The notes under the pieces: generated by a model
Seen by the model: only the letters and a program-made list of their open reading frames with translations
The model's database searches: none
Told to the model about the DNA's origin: nothing
In this document: in pieces, positions 19,879 to 30,900 of the stretch
Position numbering within the stretch: the first letter of the stretch is position 1
Layout: every line of letters begins with the position of its first letter
Position numbers and translations under genes: made by a program
From: Candidatus Helarchaeota archaeon
GTDB lineage: Archaea; Asgardarchaeota; Lokiarchaeia; Helarchaeales; RDOG01
Assembly (NCBI GenBank): GCA_019058315.1
Contig: JAHPZH010000001.1
Location: 407,536-471,535 of the forward strand
Direction of reading: 5' to 3'
Length of the DNA: 64,000 bases

Positions 19879-20607
19879 TTAACCAGCATTATTAATTCCA
19901 AGTCGTTTTACAAAATTATCTAATTTACCTCCTTTTTCAAAAAGTGCTGGTCTAATTTTTTTCAATACTTTAATAAGTGGTATTAAATGATTCACAGTTG
20001 CAGCTTCAGCTACACCTGCTCTATTCAACACATAAGAAACTGGTTCTCGACATTCTTGTCGAACTGTCAAAGCAAATTGATTTAATGCTTCTTCGCTTAT
20101 TTCTTTACCTATTAAAACTTTTATTGACTCTTTTGTAGATCCGCAAGGACTTTGTGTAATAAGGTTTATTTCTTCTATAAAATCACTATTTTCTCGCATT
20201 TTCACTTCATATACGGGCATCCCAAACTTCTTGGCAAATTTGTTAAAAATTTCATTTTCCTGATCAGCTGATAGGTGACACATTGAGGACGGCATTATAA
20301 CATCCGCATTTAACTCTCGTCTTATTTGTTTTAAAAATCCCTCTCCATTATATATCGCTTGAATAACAGGTTTTTCATAAGAACAAATTTCATATGAAAT
20401 ATCTGGATGTCTATGATAAGTTATTAATAGATCTGCTAAATTTATTTTTTCAATAGTTTCAGGGTCCAGCTCTACTTCATCAATTATTTCATTTACATCG
20501 TATTCTGGGAGTATTATTAACTCTGTATTTGGGAATTTATCTTTAATGTTTACTACTGCCCTATCACCATATTTTCCATCGCTAATTATCAAAATTTTCA
20601 TTTTCAA
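19879..20607 (-). CDS. DUF166-family protein
   Basis: SDGKYGDRA, ADLLITY..HPD, SMC.L, FGMP, SPCGST. Confidence 0.75.
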   Translation of the reverse strand: MKMKILIISDGKYGDRAVVNIKDKFPNTELIILPEYDVNEIIDEVELDPETIEKINLADLLITYHRHPDISYEICSYEKPVIQAIYNGEGFLKQIRRELNADVIMPSSMCHLSADQENEIFNKFAKKFGMPVYEVKMRENSDFIEEINLITQSPCGSTKESIKVLIGKEISEEALNQFALTVRQECREPVSYVLNRAGVAEAATVNHLIPLIKVLKKIRPALFEKGGKLDNFVKRLGINNAG

Positions 20608-20875
20608 ACAGCTTTTTTGAAATTATTTGATTATAAATTCAAAAACTAAGCACATTAATCGATAATTTTTCAAAGTAACGATATATATTTCTGATTTAAT
20701 ATTAACCCATGCAAATTAAGCATGTTTAGTTTCAAAGATAAGAATTGGAAACCGAAATTACGGTTAATGAGTAATTTACAATTCCGATAACATTTTAATC
20801 TGAATTTGCATTGCATAATATAGCATTTTTTTTCTAATATTTAATATCTTAATTTTAAATTTTGGAAGTCAGAGT

Positions 20876-21244
20876 ATGTCCGAAGAAGAAGCTGTAAAAA
20901 AATTTGCTGAAGAGTATATTAAGGCTCGAGAGAAAGGAGACAATAAATGGCATTTAGAAAATGCAGATACCAAAGCAATGTGGGAGCATAATGTAAAAGC
21001 ACATAAAGAGATGGGGTGGGAATATAACGAAACGCTTGAAGAATTTCAAAAAAATTTTAAAACAGGCTTAGGTCTATTAAAAGTGGATAAAAATTCACTT
21101 ACAATTAAATCGATTAAGGTTGAAGGGGACACTGCTGAGGTTGAAATTGATCTAAAAGGAGCTAGTTCAATAGGTTCTCCATTACAATTAAGCAAAAAGA
21201 CAGGAAAATGGATGTATGTAATGGGTTGTACATGGTTCTTCTAA
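20876..21244 (+). CDS. Small NTF2-like/DUF4878-like protein (paralog 1)
   Basis: KFAEEYIKA..KGD; IKVEGDTAEVEI; LSKKTGKW. Confidence 0.6.
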   Translation: MSEEEAVKKFAEEYIKAREKGDNKWHLENADTKAMWEHNVKAHKEMGWEYNETLEEFQKNFKTGLGLLKVDKNSLTIKSIKVEGDTAEVEIDLKGASSIGSPLQLSKKTGKWMYVMGCTWFF

Positions 21245-21427
21245 ATCATAAAAATTCCATAATATTATAAAATGGTATCCATTCTTTCTTTTTTTTTATT
21301 AATTGCCCCAAAATAAGAAAAAAAATTATTTTTTGGAGTATTTTACCTTAATCTTATCGGATGTGACTATTTTTTTACTCACGAAGGATAAATTAAAAAA
21401 AAATTACGTTTTAATGCATAGAACTAC

Positions 21428-21889
21428 TTATACTTTAGAGTACTTTACATTAATATATGCATATTTAATGGTGACTTTATTAACTGCCGATATATAGTTT
21501 TGACGGTTAAGATCTTCTTGTTTTCCAGAAAATACACCAATTCCTTCTAATTTTTCAACATTAAGGGCATTAATATAAAACCTTAATTCTTGTTCGCCTT
21601 GTGATGGACAAGGACCTGTATAGCCTTTCCAACCGAAATCATTCAAAAGCAATTTACCTGGAATCGGACCATTTTGAGGAATTTCTCGAACATCTTTAGG
21701 TATATCACAAATTAGCCAAAGTTTATGTCCAGAACCTGGTCCCCGTTGGCATTCAAGTCGAATAGCAAAACTCTTTGTTTCTTCTGGAACATCTGACCAT
21801 TCAAGTTGAGGTGAAATATTTTCCCCATCACAAGTAAATTTTACTGACAATATATCCCCATCTTTAAAATCTTTACTAGTAAGATTCAT
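21428..21889 (-). CDS. YbhB/YbcL (PEBP/RKIP-like) protein, degenerate
   Basis: LTSKDFKDG..KFTCDGENISPQLEWSDVPEETKSFA; NDFG..GY.GPCP. Confidence 0.85.
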   Translation of the reverse strand: MNLTSKDFKDGDILSVKFTCDGENISPQLEWSDVPEETKSFAIRLECQRGPGSGHKLWLICDIPKDVREIPQNGPIPGKLLLNDFGWKGYTGPCPSQGEQELRFYINALNVEKLEGIGVFSGKQEDLNRQNYISAVNKVTIKYAYINVKYSKV

Positions 21890-21913
21890 CTATTTATCAA
21901 CTCCTAAATTATA

Positions 21914-22288
21914 TCAAAAATTCCACGTAGGTATTAAGATTATCTTCCACTTTCCAGTTTTTTTGCTTAAGATCAATGCCGTCGCGATATAATTGGCTCC
22001 CTCTGCATCTATTATTACTGCAGCTTTATCTTTGGACATTTGAATGCTTCTAATTGAGAATTCTTTATCCCATTTCTTAACTGTCCATCTCAAACCACTT
22101 TTTGCCTCTTCTTCATATTCTTTTTGAGATTTTTTCTTTGCTTGACTCCATTCTCCGTAGAATTCCTTATCATATTCATAAGCTTCTTTAAAATCAAAAT
22201 TCTTTTCTACAAATTTTGCATCGCCTTTTTTAAGTGCTTTAATATACTCATCAGCAAATTTTCTAACTTTTTTTGATTCATTTCCCAT
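21914..22288 (-). CDS. Small NTF2-like/DUF4878-like protein (paralog 2)
   Basis: KFADEYIKALKKGD and LSKKTGKW shared with 20876..21244. Confidence 0.6.
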   Translation of the reverse strand: MGNESKKVRKFADEYIKALKKGDAKFVEKNFDFKEAYEYDKEFYGEWSQAKKKSQKEYEEEAKSGLRWTVKKWDKEFSIRSIQMSKDKAAVIIDAEGANYIATALILSKKTGKWKIILIPTWNF

Positions 22289-22483
22289 TTTTTTTTCTCC
22301 AAGAAGTTTTTTTTCTTATGAAATAAAAACTAAAGTAAATAATATTTGAAATTAAATCTTCTTATATACTTTATTTTAAATTAAGAATAGTACGATATTT
22401 CATATAGAAATAAGAAATAATAGTTAAAATTAATTCAAATCAAGATATGTGAATTTTGAGAAAAATTAATTGAGGTGTTTTTA

Positions 22484-23752
22484 ATGAAAGAACAACAAAG
22501 GGTTTTTATAGCTGGCGGTGCAACAACTCCTTTCGATTATCCTTTGAATATCCAAATTGAAGAAATGGCAGCAAATTGTATTAATGAACTTTATGAAGAT
22601 GTCCCAAGTTTCGACCTAAAGGATATTAGAGATCATGGTATGGTAATATATTCACATTTTTCAGTTCACTTTAGCCATCAATTGACTGCATATTGGATTT
22701 TACATGACCATCTGGGGCTAGTAGGAGTCCCACATCTTCGAATTGACAATGGTGGAAATACTGGTGGATCGGCATTATATACCGCTTATGCCTATGTTCG
22801 ATCTGGACTCGTAGATGTAGTTTTAATAATTGGTTATGAGTTAATGGCAAGTGTATCTCAATCAAAAGGATCTGAATTCATTGCAATAGCCTCTGATACA
22901 CGTTATGAGGCAATGCTTGGCGCAAATTATACAAATTATTATGCAGGACTTGCAATGGCATTTATGAAAAAATACGGCCTTACTGAAGAAGATTTCGCTG
23001 AGATTGCAGTTAAAAATAAAAATAATGCAATAGCAACTGGTGAAAAAGCACAACATTTTCGCCTAGTTGGAAAAAAAATCGACGTTGATCATGTTATGAA
23101 TTCACGGTTAATTTCATATCCTTTGAAAAAAGATGATTGCTGTTTTATGTCCGAAGGTGGTGCTTGTATTCTGGTGTGCAATGAAAAATTTGCTAAACAA
23201 TATTCTCCAGATAAATATGTTGAAATAGCTGGATTAGGTTTATCTTCGTGTACAATTAGAGCTGGGGATAGAATTGCATTCCCTGGTTGGACTCAAAGAT
23301 ACGGTGAAGGGTATCCTGGACTGGCGGAGTTTGCCGCTTGCCGACATGCTGGAGAACAAGCATATAAAATGGCTGGAATCGAATGGAAAGACGCGTATAA
23401 GCAGATAGATGTTGCGGAAATTCATGATGCTTTTTCAACTTCAGAAGCACAAATCTATAAAGCACTCGGATGGTGTGAAACAATAGAACCAAAACAATTT
23501 ATTAGAGATAAATTTCCAATGATGGAAGGTGAAATCCCCACAAATCCTGGCGGTGGTCTAATTGGGTATGGTCACCCTGTCGGAGCAACTGGTTTAATGA
23601 GCACGATTGAGTGTTACTATCAACTCGCAGGTATGATCCCAAAAAAGCATAGAACAACTGAAAATGAAGTAAAAGATGCAGAAGTTGGGCTTGTAAATAG
23701 CCATGCTGGTACGGGAACTAGCATATCAAATTTTATTTTAAAGAAAGTATGA
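22484..23752 (+). CDS. Thiolase-fold protein (SCP2/archaeal type) lacking the nucleophilic Cys
   Basis: AVKNK.NA, DCC..SEGGAC, AEIHDAFS, NPGGGLIG.GHPVGATG. GAGGTG SD precedes ATG 22484. Confidence 0.9.
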   Translation: MKEQQRVFIAGGATTPFDYPLNIQIEEMAANCINELYEDVPSFDLKDIRDHGMVIYSHFSVHFSHQLTAYWILHDHLGLVGVPHLRIDNGGNTGGSALYTAYAYVRSGLVDVVLIIGYELMASVSQSKGSEFIAIASDTRYEAMLGANYTNYYAGLAMAFMKKYGLTEEDFAEIAVKNKNNAIATGEKAQHFRLVGKKIDVDHVMNSRLISYPLKKDDCCFMSEGGACILVCNEKFAKQYSPDKYVEIAGLGLSSCTIRAGDRIAFPGWTQRYGEGYPGLAEFAACRHAGEQAYKMAGIEWKDAYKQIDVAEIHDAFSTSEAQIYKALGWCETIEPKQFIRDKFPMMEGEIPTNPGGGLIGYGHPVGATGLMSTIECYYQLAGMIPKKHRTTENEVKDAEVGLVNSHAGTGTSISNFILKKV

Positions 23753-23765
23753 GGTGAAATGTGAA

Positions 23766-24422
23766 ATGGCAAAAAATAAACATATTACTCCGCTAAATAA
23801 AGAATTCAAATGGGATAATTGGAAGAAAGTAGGAGAGAAGGTTGAGGAAAAAGCTTGGACATGGCAAAATATTAGAAAAGGTAGTGCTGGAGGTACCGAT
23901 TGGGTGGAACAACAAATATATTACGATATGCTTTATACATTCCGGTTAGGGGCACTTAGTCCATATTCAAAGGCTCTATTGGAAGGAAAATTACTGGGAA
24001 CTAAATGTCCAAAATGTGGTGATATCACTTTTCCCCCAAGAGTCAATTGTTGGAATCTTGATTGTAGATTACAAAAAACAGAGTGGGTTGAAATCCCGAA
24101 GAAAGGGAAAATCGATGCTTGGACTGTATGTGGATTTGCAGCCAAGAGTGCATTGAAAAAATTACCATTTGTATTAGCTTATGTTCGTCTAGGTGAAAGT
24201 AAAACTGCTGTTGCCAATATATTGAAGATAGATGAGCCATGGCAGACTGAAATTGGGATGCCAATTGTTGTAAAGATGGCTCCTAAAGATAAAAGAGTAG
24301 GGAATCTAATTGATTTTTGGTTTGAACCTGATAAATCTTGGAAACCTAGTCCAATGACGCCTGAAAAAGAACGAATTAAGAAATTATGCCAACCCGTAAT
24401 TGAATGGGTCAAAACTCTATAA
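23766..24422 (+). CDS. DUF35 Zn-ribbon/OB-fold protein (thiolase partner)
   Basis: GTKCPKCG...FPPR.NC...C, G.I.AWT, PFVLAYV.L. Directly follows the thiolase. Confidence 0.9.
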   Translation: MAKNKHITPLNKEFKWDNWKKVGEKVEEKAWTWQNIRKGSAGGTDWVEQQIYYDMLYTFRLGALSPYSKALLEGKLLGTKCPKCGDITFPPRVNCWNLDCRLQKTEWVEIPKKGKIDAWTVCGFAAKSALKKLPFVLAYVRLGESKTAVANILKIDEPWQTEIGMPIVVKMAPKDKRVGNLIDFWFEPDKSWKPSPMTPEKERIKKLCQPVIEWVKTL

Positions 24423-24546
24423 TTCTTTTTTATTTTTTAATAAATTCTTTAAATTAGAAGGCAAATTATCGAAATAGAAAAAATTAAAGGAAAAAAATCA
24501 GGTTATTGACTAATGAAATTGAATATATCTATGAGTTTGAGCTTAT

Positions 24547-25317
24547 ATGGATAAATTTATAGAAATTGTGTATAAAAATATACGAATTGCTGACGTAATA
24601 TTAGAGGTTTTAGATGCAAGGGATCCTTTAGGGACTAGAAATAAAAAAATTGAAAATTTTATTGTAGAAAATAAAAAAAATCTAATTTTGGTAATTAATA
24701 AAGTGGATTTAGTTCCAAAATCAGTAATTTTAAAATGGAAAAAAATATTTGATAAAGAATTTCCAACTATTTTTACTAGTAAAAAGAAAAAATATGACAT
24801 TTCTATTAAAATATTAAAAAAAGAAATCAAAAAATTATGTAAAAAATCTGAAATTAAAATCTTAATAATTGGTTATCCAAATGTAGGGAAAAGTACATTG
24901 ATCAATGCAATAAAGGGGAGACCAACTGTTGGAACCTCCCCTAATGCTGGGTTCACTAGGGGAAAACAATTTATCAGGTTGACTGAAAATATTCTCCTAA
25001 TTGATACTCCTGGAGTAATTCCATTTGACGACTTGGACGAGACTAATTTAGTTCTGAAAAATGCCTTACGGATTGAGAAAGTAAGAGATCCTTATTTAAT
25101 AATGGAGGAAATCATGAAAAAAATCGATAAACAAATACTTGAAAATACATATGGAATCGTTTTTTCGGATTTGGATGATTTATTAGAGAAATTTGCACGA
25201 AAAAGAGGAAAATTGTTACCTGGAAACGAACCAAATGTTGAGGAAGCAGCAAGGATTATAATTAGGGATTGGCAAAGAGGGAAAATTTCCTATTATTTTT
25301 TACCTAATATCGAATAA
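24547..25317 (+). CDS. Circularly permuted YlqF/RbgA-family ribosome-biogenesis GTPase
   Basis: DARDP, NKVD before GYPNVGKST, then DTPG; IIRDWQRGKI. Confidence 0.92.
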   Translation: MDKFIEIVYKNIRIADVILEVLDARDPLGTRNKKIENFIVENKKNLILVINKVDLVPKSVILKWKKIFDKEFPTIFTSKKKKYDISIKILKKEIKKLCKKSEIKILIIGYPNVGKSTLINAIKGRPTVGTSPNAGFTRGKQFIRLTENILLIDTPGVIPFDDLDETNLVLKNALRIEKVRDPYLIMEEIMKKIDKQILENTYGIVFSDLDDLLEKFARKRGKLLPGNEPNVEEAARIIIRDWQRGKISYYFLPNIE

Positions 25318-25396
25318 ATTGAATTCAAATAACTTAAATGAAATGCCATTTTAATATATAAGAAATTAATGAAATGTTTAATTAAAGGTTGTTTAA

Positions 25397-25819
25397 ATGG
25401 AAAATAAAAAATGGGTGTTAATATGCATAATTGGCGGAATTCTGATGATTCTTGCAGGTACAATAGGAAACATTGGATTTTATAGAACAGTTTTTAACCA
25501 ATTATCTATATGGTATCCCCAAATTGCACCAGTTTTGAAATTAGTTTTGCAGATTTTTAGTTGGATAGCATTGGGTGGTGGTATTTCAGTCATTGTTGGT
25601 GCTATTATATGTGGTAGGGGCAGTTTAACTCTTGGAAAATTTATTATTGGTCTTGGTACAGGAATGGGTTTGATTGGTTTAATTATATTCTTAATTACGG
25701 GAATATATAGTGGTACTTTAGTTTCAGATTTAAATGCGATATATACGGATATACTTAATGGCAGTTATGGATTCATCGGTGTTCTTTTAACTATCCTCGC
25801 CAGAATGAGAATGAAATGA
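25397..25819 (+). CDS. Small Gly-rich membrane protein
   Basis: Four hydrophobic Gly-rich helices. Confidence 0.7.
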   Translation: MENKKWVLICIIGGILMILAGTIGNIGFYRTVFNQLSIWYPQIAPVLKLVLQIFSWIALGGGISVIVGAIICGRGSLTLGKFIIGLGTGMGLIGLIIFLITGIYSGTLVSDLNAIYTDILNGSYGFIGVLLTILARMRMK

Positions 25820-26066
25820 GTTTAATCACTAAGTACTGGAATTTTTCATTACCTTTTTTTCTAAAATTTCTTTATCGCTTCTAAAGACTCAATAACTCCC
25901 CTTTTTAATAATTTCTAAATAACAATTTCAAATTAATCTCATAATATATTATTAGTAACAAATATTGGAAAAATCTAATATTTCATTTAAAATAATTGGT
26001 GTCAATAAATAAAATTAATAAATTCTTTTTACTTTGTTTGCAAAGATAGAAAATAGGGTTTTGAAA

Positions 26067-27779
26067 ATGGCTAATCTCGTAATAAAAAATGGTATTGTTT
26101 ATGATCCTTTAAATAATATAAATGGCGAAAAGAAAGATATTGCTATAAAAAATGGTATAATTGCAGAAAAAGGAAATGGTGGTAAAGTTATTGACGCTTC
26201 TGGAATGATTATTATGCCAGGAGGAGTAGATATTCACTCCCATATCGCTGGCTCTAAAGTAAACTCTGGTCGTTTTCTGAGACCCGAAGATCATCGAAAA
26301 GAGGGTATTAAGAAAACCAAAATTACTCGTTCCGGAACTGGCTACTCGGTCCCTTCGACCTGGGTAACTGGTTACAAATATGCTGTTATGGGGTGGACTA
26401 CAGTGGCTGAACCGGCTACACCTCCGTTAAAAACTAGACATACTCATGAAGAATTTAATGATATACCAATTATTGATAAATGTTGCTTTCCTGTTTTTGG
26501 TAATAATTGGTTTGTTCTTGATTACATAAGTGAAGGTGATATGGATAAATTAGCGGCATATATTGCTTGGCTCTTACGTGCTTGTAAAGGTTATGCTGTA
26601 AAATTAGTTAACCCTGGAGGAGTTGAAAATTGGGGTTGGGGTAAAAATGTAGATTCATTGGATGATATGGTTCTACATTTTGAAGTTACACCACGTCAAA
26701 TAATTAATTCTTTAGGAGAAGCTAATGAGAGGTTAGGACTCCCTCACACAATACATGTTCATGGAAATAACCTTGGCCATCCTGGCGTTTATAAGATTAC
26801 TAAAGAAACTTTCAAAGCAGTACAAGGAATGAAATCTCACAAAAGTAGGAAGACATTTATGCATTTCACACATCTTCATTTCAATGCTTATGGTGGAACT
26901 GGTTGGAAGGACTTTGGTTCTGAGGCTGCAGAATTGGCGGATTATCTTAACCAACATGACAATATATCATTTGACGTAGGGCAAGCAATATACGGTGATA
27001 CGACTACAATGACGGGTGACGGACCTTGGGAATACGCTTTGCAAGGGATCGTCTCTGCCATGGGTTGGGGCACTAAAGGTGGCTTTAAATGGATTAATGG
27101 ACAAGTTGAAGCGGAATGTGGCTCTGGTGTGGTTCCATATATCTTTTCACCAAAGAACCCTGTAAATGCTGTTCAATGGGCAATAGGCCTTGAATTAATG
27201 CTTCATTTTAAAGATCCATGGAGATCATTTCTTACAAGTGATCACCCTAATGGTGGTCCATTTGTCAATTATCCAAATGTAATCTCATGGTTAATGAGCA
27301 AAGAAGCACGAAAAGAACTTCTTGGGAAGTCTCATAAAAACGCTACTCAAAAAACAACTTTAGGAGATCTTGATCGTGAATATACTCTTAATGAAATCTG
27401 TATTATTACACGTGCAGGTACTGCAAAATGCCTTGGGATGACAAATAAAGGACACTTGGGAGTTGGTGCAACTGGAGATATTGCAATTTATAATCTAACT
27501 CCAGAAGAGAAAGATCCGAAAAAAATTGCGAAAGCTTTTTCTCAAGCTGCCTATACAATAAAAGACGGAGTAATTGTCGCAAAAGATGGGGAAATTATTG
27601 TAGCTCCTATGGGCCAAATTATCTGGAATGATGTTAAACTACCCAAAAATATAGAAAACGCATTGATGGAAGATTTAAAAAAGAAATGGAGTGCATATTA
27701 TTCTGTAAATCTAGCTAATTATCCCATTGAAGAACATGAATTAATCAATTCAGCTCCAATAACTATTAATGCGAAATAA
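26067..27779 (+). CDS. fwdA: Formylmethanofuran dehydrogenase subunit A
   Basis: GGVDIHSHIAG.KVN.GR..RPEDH, KLVNPGG, HVHGNNLG.PG, TSDHPNGGPF. Confidence 0.95.
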   Translation: MANLVIKNGIVYDPLNNINGEKKDIAIKNGIIAEKGNGGKVIDASGMIIMPGGVDIHSHIAGSKVNSGRFLRPEDHRKEGIKKTKITRSGTGYSVPSTWVTGYKYAVMGWTTVAEPATPPLKTRHTHEEFNDIPIIDKCCFPVFGNNWFVLDYISEGDMDKLAAYIAWLLRACKGYAVKLVNPGGVENWGWGKNVDSLDDMVLHFEVTPRQIINSLGEANERLGLPHTIHVHGNNLGHPGVYKITKETFKAVQGMKSHKSRKTFMHFTHLHFNAYGGTGWKDFGSEAAELADYLNQHDNISFDVGQAIYGDTTTMTGDGPWEYALQGIVSAMGWGTKGGFKWINGQVEAECGSGVVPYIFSPKNPVNAVQWAIGLELMLHFKDPWRSFLTSDHPNGGPFVNYPNVISWLMSKEARKELLGKSHKNATQKTTLGDLDREYTLNEICIITRAGTAKCLGMTNKGHLGVGATGDIAIYNLTPEEKDPKKIAKAFSQAAYTIKDGVIVAKDGEIIVAPMGQIIWNDVKLPKNIENALMEDLKKKWSAYYSVNLANYPIEEHELINSAPITINAK

Positions 27780-27948
27780 TTAATCAAACGACTCGATTTC
27801 CAATAGTATGATAATTTTTATTTTCTCTTTTTCCGAAATTATTTTTGAATAGAGAGTGTCCTCGTCTAAAGATATTTATATATCTAAAACAAATAAAGAA
27901 AAGTATCCAATTATCATTTAATTTAAAAATATATTTGAGGACTCAAGT

Positions 27949-30900
27949 ATGAAAAGACGGAATTTTATGCTCTTTTTAGTTTTATTAGTATCAATTTTAT
28001 TTATCAGTACACCATTCAATTCAATAATTTCAGAAAATAATTTTAAATCACCCATATGGTTTAATAATCCAAAAAATTCGGAAAAGGCACAAAAACCTCC
28101 AGAAATTGAACCTATAACAGATAATAAAGGTTTATTGGAATCCAAAGGTAATCAAGAATCAGGTGACGTACCAGATCAACCAAATGAGTTTACAGGACAA
28201 AATGCTACAAATGCAATAATTGAATTTAATAATTCTTTTTCAAGCTACCAGACTGATCCTTATGCATTATTTACTGATCTTGGAGATATTAATATTCCAA
28301 CAAATGGATTTAATATCACATATTCTAATCTGACATTTTTCAATATAATAACTCAAGGATATTACCAAGATGTAGAAACTGAATCAGGAGCTGGAGGGGC
28401 TCTAGGTGGAGGACAATTGCCATATATAAATCCCGCAAACGGGACAATAACCGGCGATCCTTACGTGATGTCTCTCGAGATAGAACATGGATTTATTTCA
28501 TATATTGCTGGTTTAGAACTAAACCTTAGATGCCCTAATATTGGGGCCCTAATTTTTTGTATTGTTCTAAATTCAACATTTAATCCTTTATCTCTTCAGA
28601 TAGAACCTCATTCACTGGCCGAAGGAGCGTTTTTTGGTTACTACTCTGGAATAGGTTGGCATTGGGTGGTTTTTAGTGGCTCTGGATTTTTAAATACTTA
28701 TGATACTTTTAATAATACTTTCTTCATTATGCCTGGAGTCGTAGATGAAACTCATACTACTAAAGTATATTGGGACTATGTTTACGACTCAGCAGTTACG
28801 GATGGAGATGGAGATGATGAAGGTTTAGCTTATCAGTATAATCTAGGATTGTGGAACCTTCTTCCTATCGATTTCTGTGTGAGAAAAGTTAATATCACTG
28901 GATGTGTACCTCCACCTGAACAAATAGATATGCGAATAAATGGAACACCGTTAACTAATGGTCCTATATTATATGGTAATGTTACAGAAGATATAGAAAT
29001 CTTTGCATTTTCGACCAATTATTTCAATAATACATTTTTAAATGGTGCATCTGGAGAGATTTTTTATGATATAACAACTAATTGGTCTTCTTATGGTAGA
29101 TCTTCCTACATAGTTTTTATGTTAAATGCGACTGGTGGATTTGAAAATCAAACTCACGCTATCACAAGATGTCATGCCACTGCAGGAAATCCGATCGTTA
29201 ATTGGAATGCCACTTTACAGGGAACATACTTCCCTAAAGGTGCTTATGATAAAAAGATTAATGTAACAATCCCGCAATCATGGAATGTTAGTGAGGTTTA
29301 TGAAAATAGTACTAGTATAAATTCTACAATTATTACTAAAGCCCCCTATAAATTTGTAAATATCAACGCAACTGCAAATGGTACTTGGAACATTATATGT
29401 AATGGAACTAATTTTGCGGGAGATGTTCATGTATATAATAACACACCACCTTTCTTAGAGGCTTATAGTTATTTTCTAAATGATACTATAAAAGTAAATG
29501 GGTCAATCTATACTAATTCACCTGTCAAAGCAGAATTAACTGTTTTTAATCCTAATAATCACACGGTACATACTGATCAAGCAGATTTAATTAATGAGGT
29601 TGCAAGTTTTACCCCCTGGTGGATATTTGACAACTCAACCAATAATGGTACTCATCTTCTTAGGGTAGTATGGTTTAATGGAACTGAAGTTGGAATTAAT
29701 ATAGCAAATATTACTTGTATTAATGAACCTACAAATTTAACAGTGACAAATGGACCAGATCCTGAAATAGTTATTCAAGGTGACATAGTTACTGCTCGGA
29801 TATTTTATAACGATACATATGATGATAGAGGAATTTCTGGAGCGATTATTAAAAGTAACTGGAGTTATTCACCTTTAAATCCGATTGATTGGTTAAATGG
29901 TTCATATAATATAACATTCATAACCGGATTTGCTCCTAAAGGCAATTATACAATCATAATTAATACCACAAAAAACGGTTATGACACTGCTACAACTATA
30001 ATTAAATTTAATGTGACTTTATTGGTAGTTTTAGAACCTACCGAACTGAAAATTGTGAGGAGTATTCCATTCACTCTTGAAGATATGTATGTCAATGATA
30101 CAGGCAAATATGCAATAGTAAATTATACTTTTCTAGTAAATGGAAGTGGTATTAAAGGTGCAGATATTATGACCGACCCGGATTGGACGGAACCATATTT
30201 TCAATATGAAGACTTATCATTGGGGAACACCTCACTAAAGGGTCTATATAAAATTTGGCTCGATACTACAGGTACTCATGCAAATGAATTTCATAATATT
30301 AGATTTTTTGCAACAAAACCTGGATTTGAACCAAGTGAAGTTATTTCTTCATTATTTCAAATTCACCCAATCCCAACTGATATTGATGTTACGGGATATG
30401 AAAATATTACAAAATTTGAAGGTGAAATAGTGGACTTAGCAGCTTGTTATAAGGATAATTATCATGCTGGAAAGCCTGCTATAATAAATGCGAATGTAAA
30501 TTGGACGATTAATACTTCAACTCCTGAAAGTGGGGATATGGAATTGGTTATTTTAATATATCAAGGAACGATTAATTTACCCGAACTCGAGGTGCTTCCA
30601 GGAGTCTATAATGTAACTATCAAAGCAGAAGCTCCAGATTTTAAACCATATTCAAAAAATATTACTCTTAATGTATTGTCAAAGTGGAGTTCGCTTATTA
30701 TAATCACTAATTATTCCTCATACTCTCAAACCGAAATTAGAGTGGGTAAAGATGTCACAATAGAAGCAGAAATTGAATTCGGTAACACCTCAATCGAACG
30801 TGAAGGGCGAAAATTGAATTATGAAATAGAATATTCCAATGGGTTTCATATTGAAGATACTAGGAATACTAATGAAAATGGAACAACATTTTTCTTAATA

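Noticed and set aside
20708-20724. catgc-N7-gcatg inverted repeat in a divergent promoter
   Set aside because: A single 5-bp arm pair is expected by chance.
21303-21497. 64-aa + strand ORF with a repeated LEYFTLI
   Set aside because: It overlaps the PEBP 3' end in AT-rich DNA. The short repeat (gagtattttacctta / gagtactttacatta) may be a small duplication of that gene end, but there is no support for a protein.
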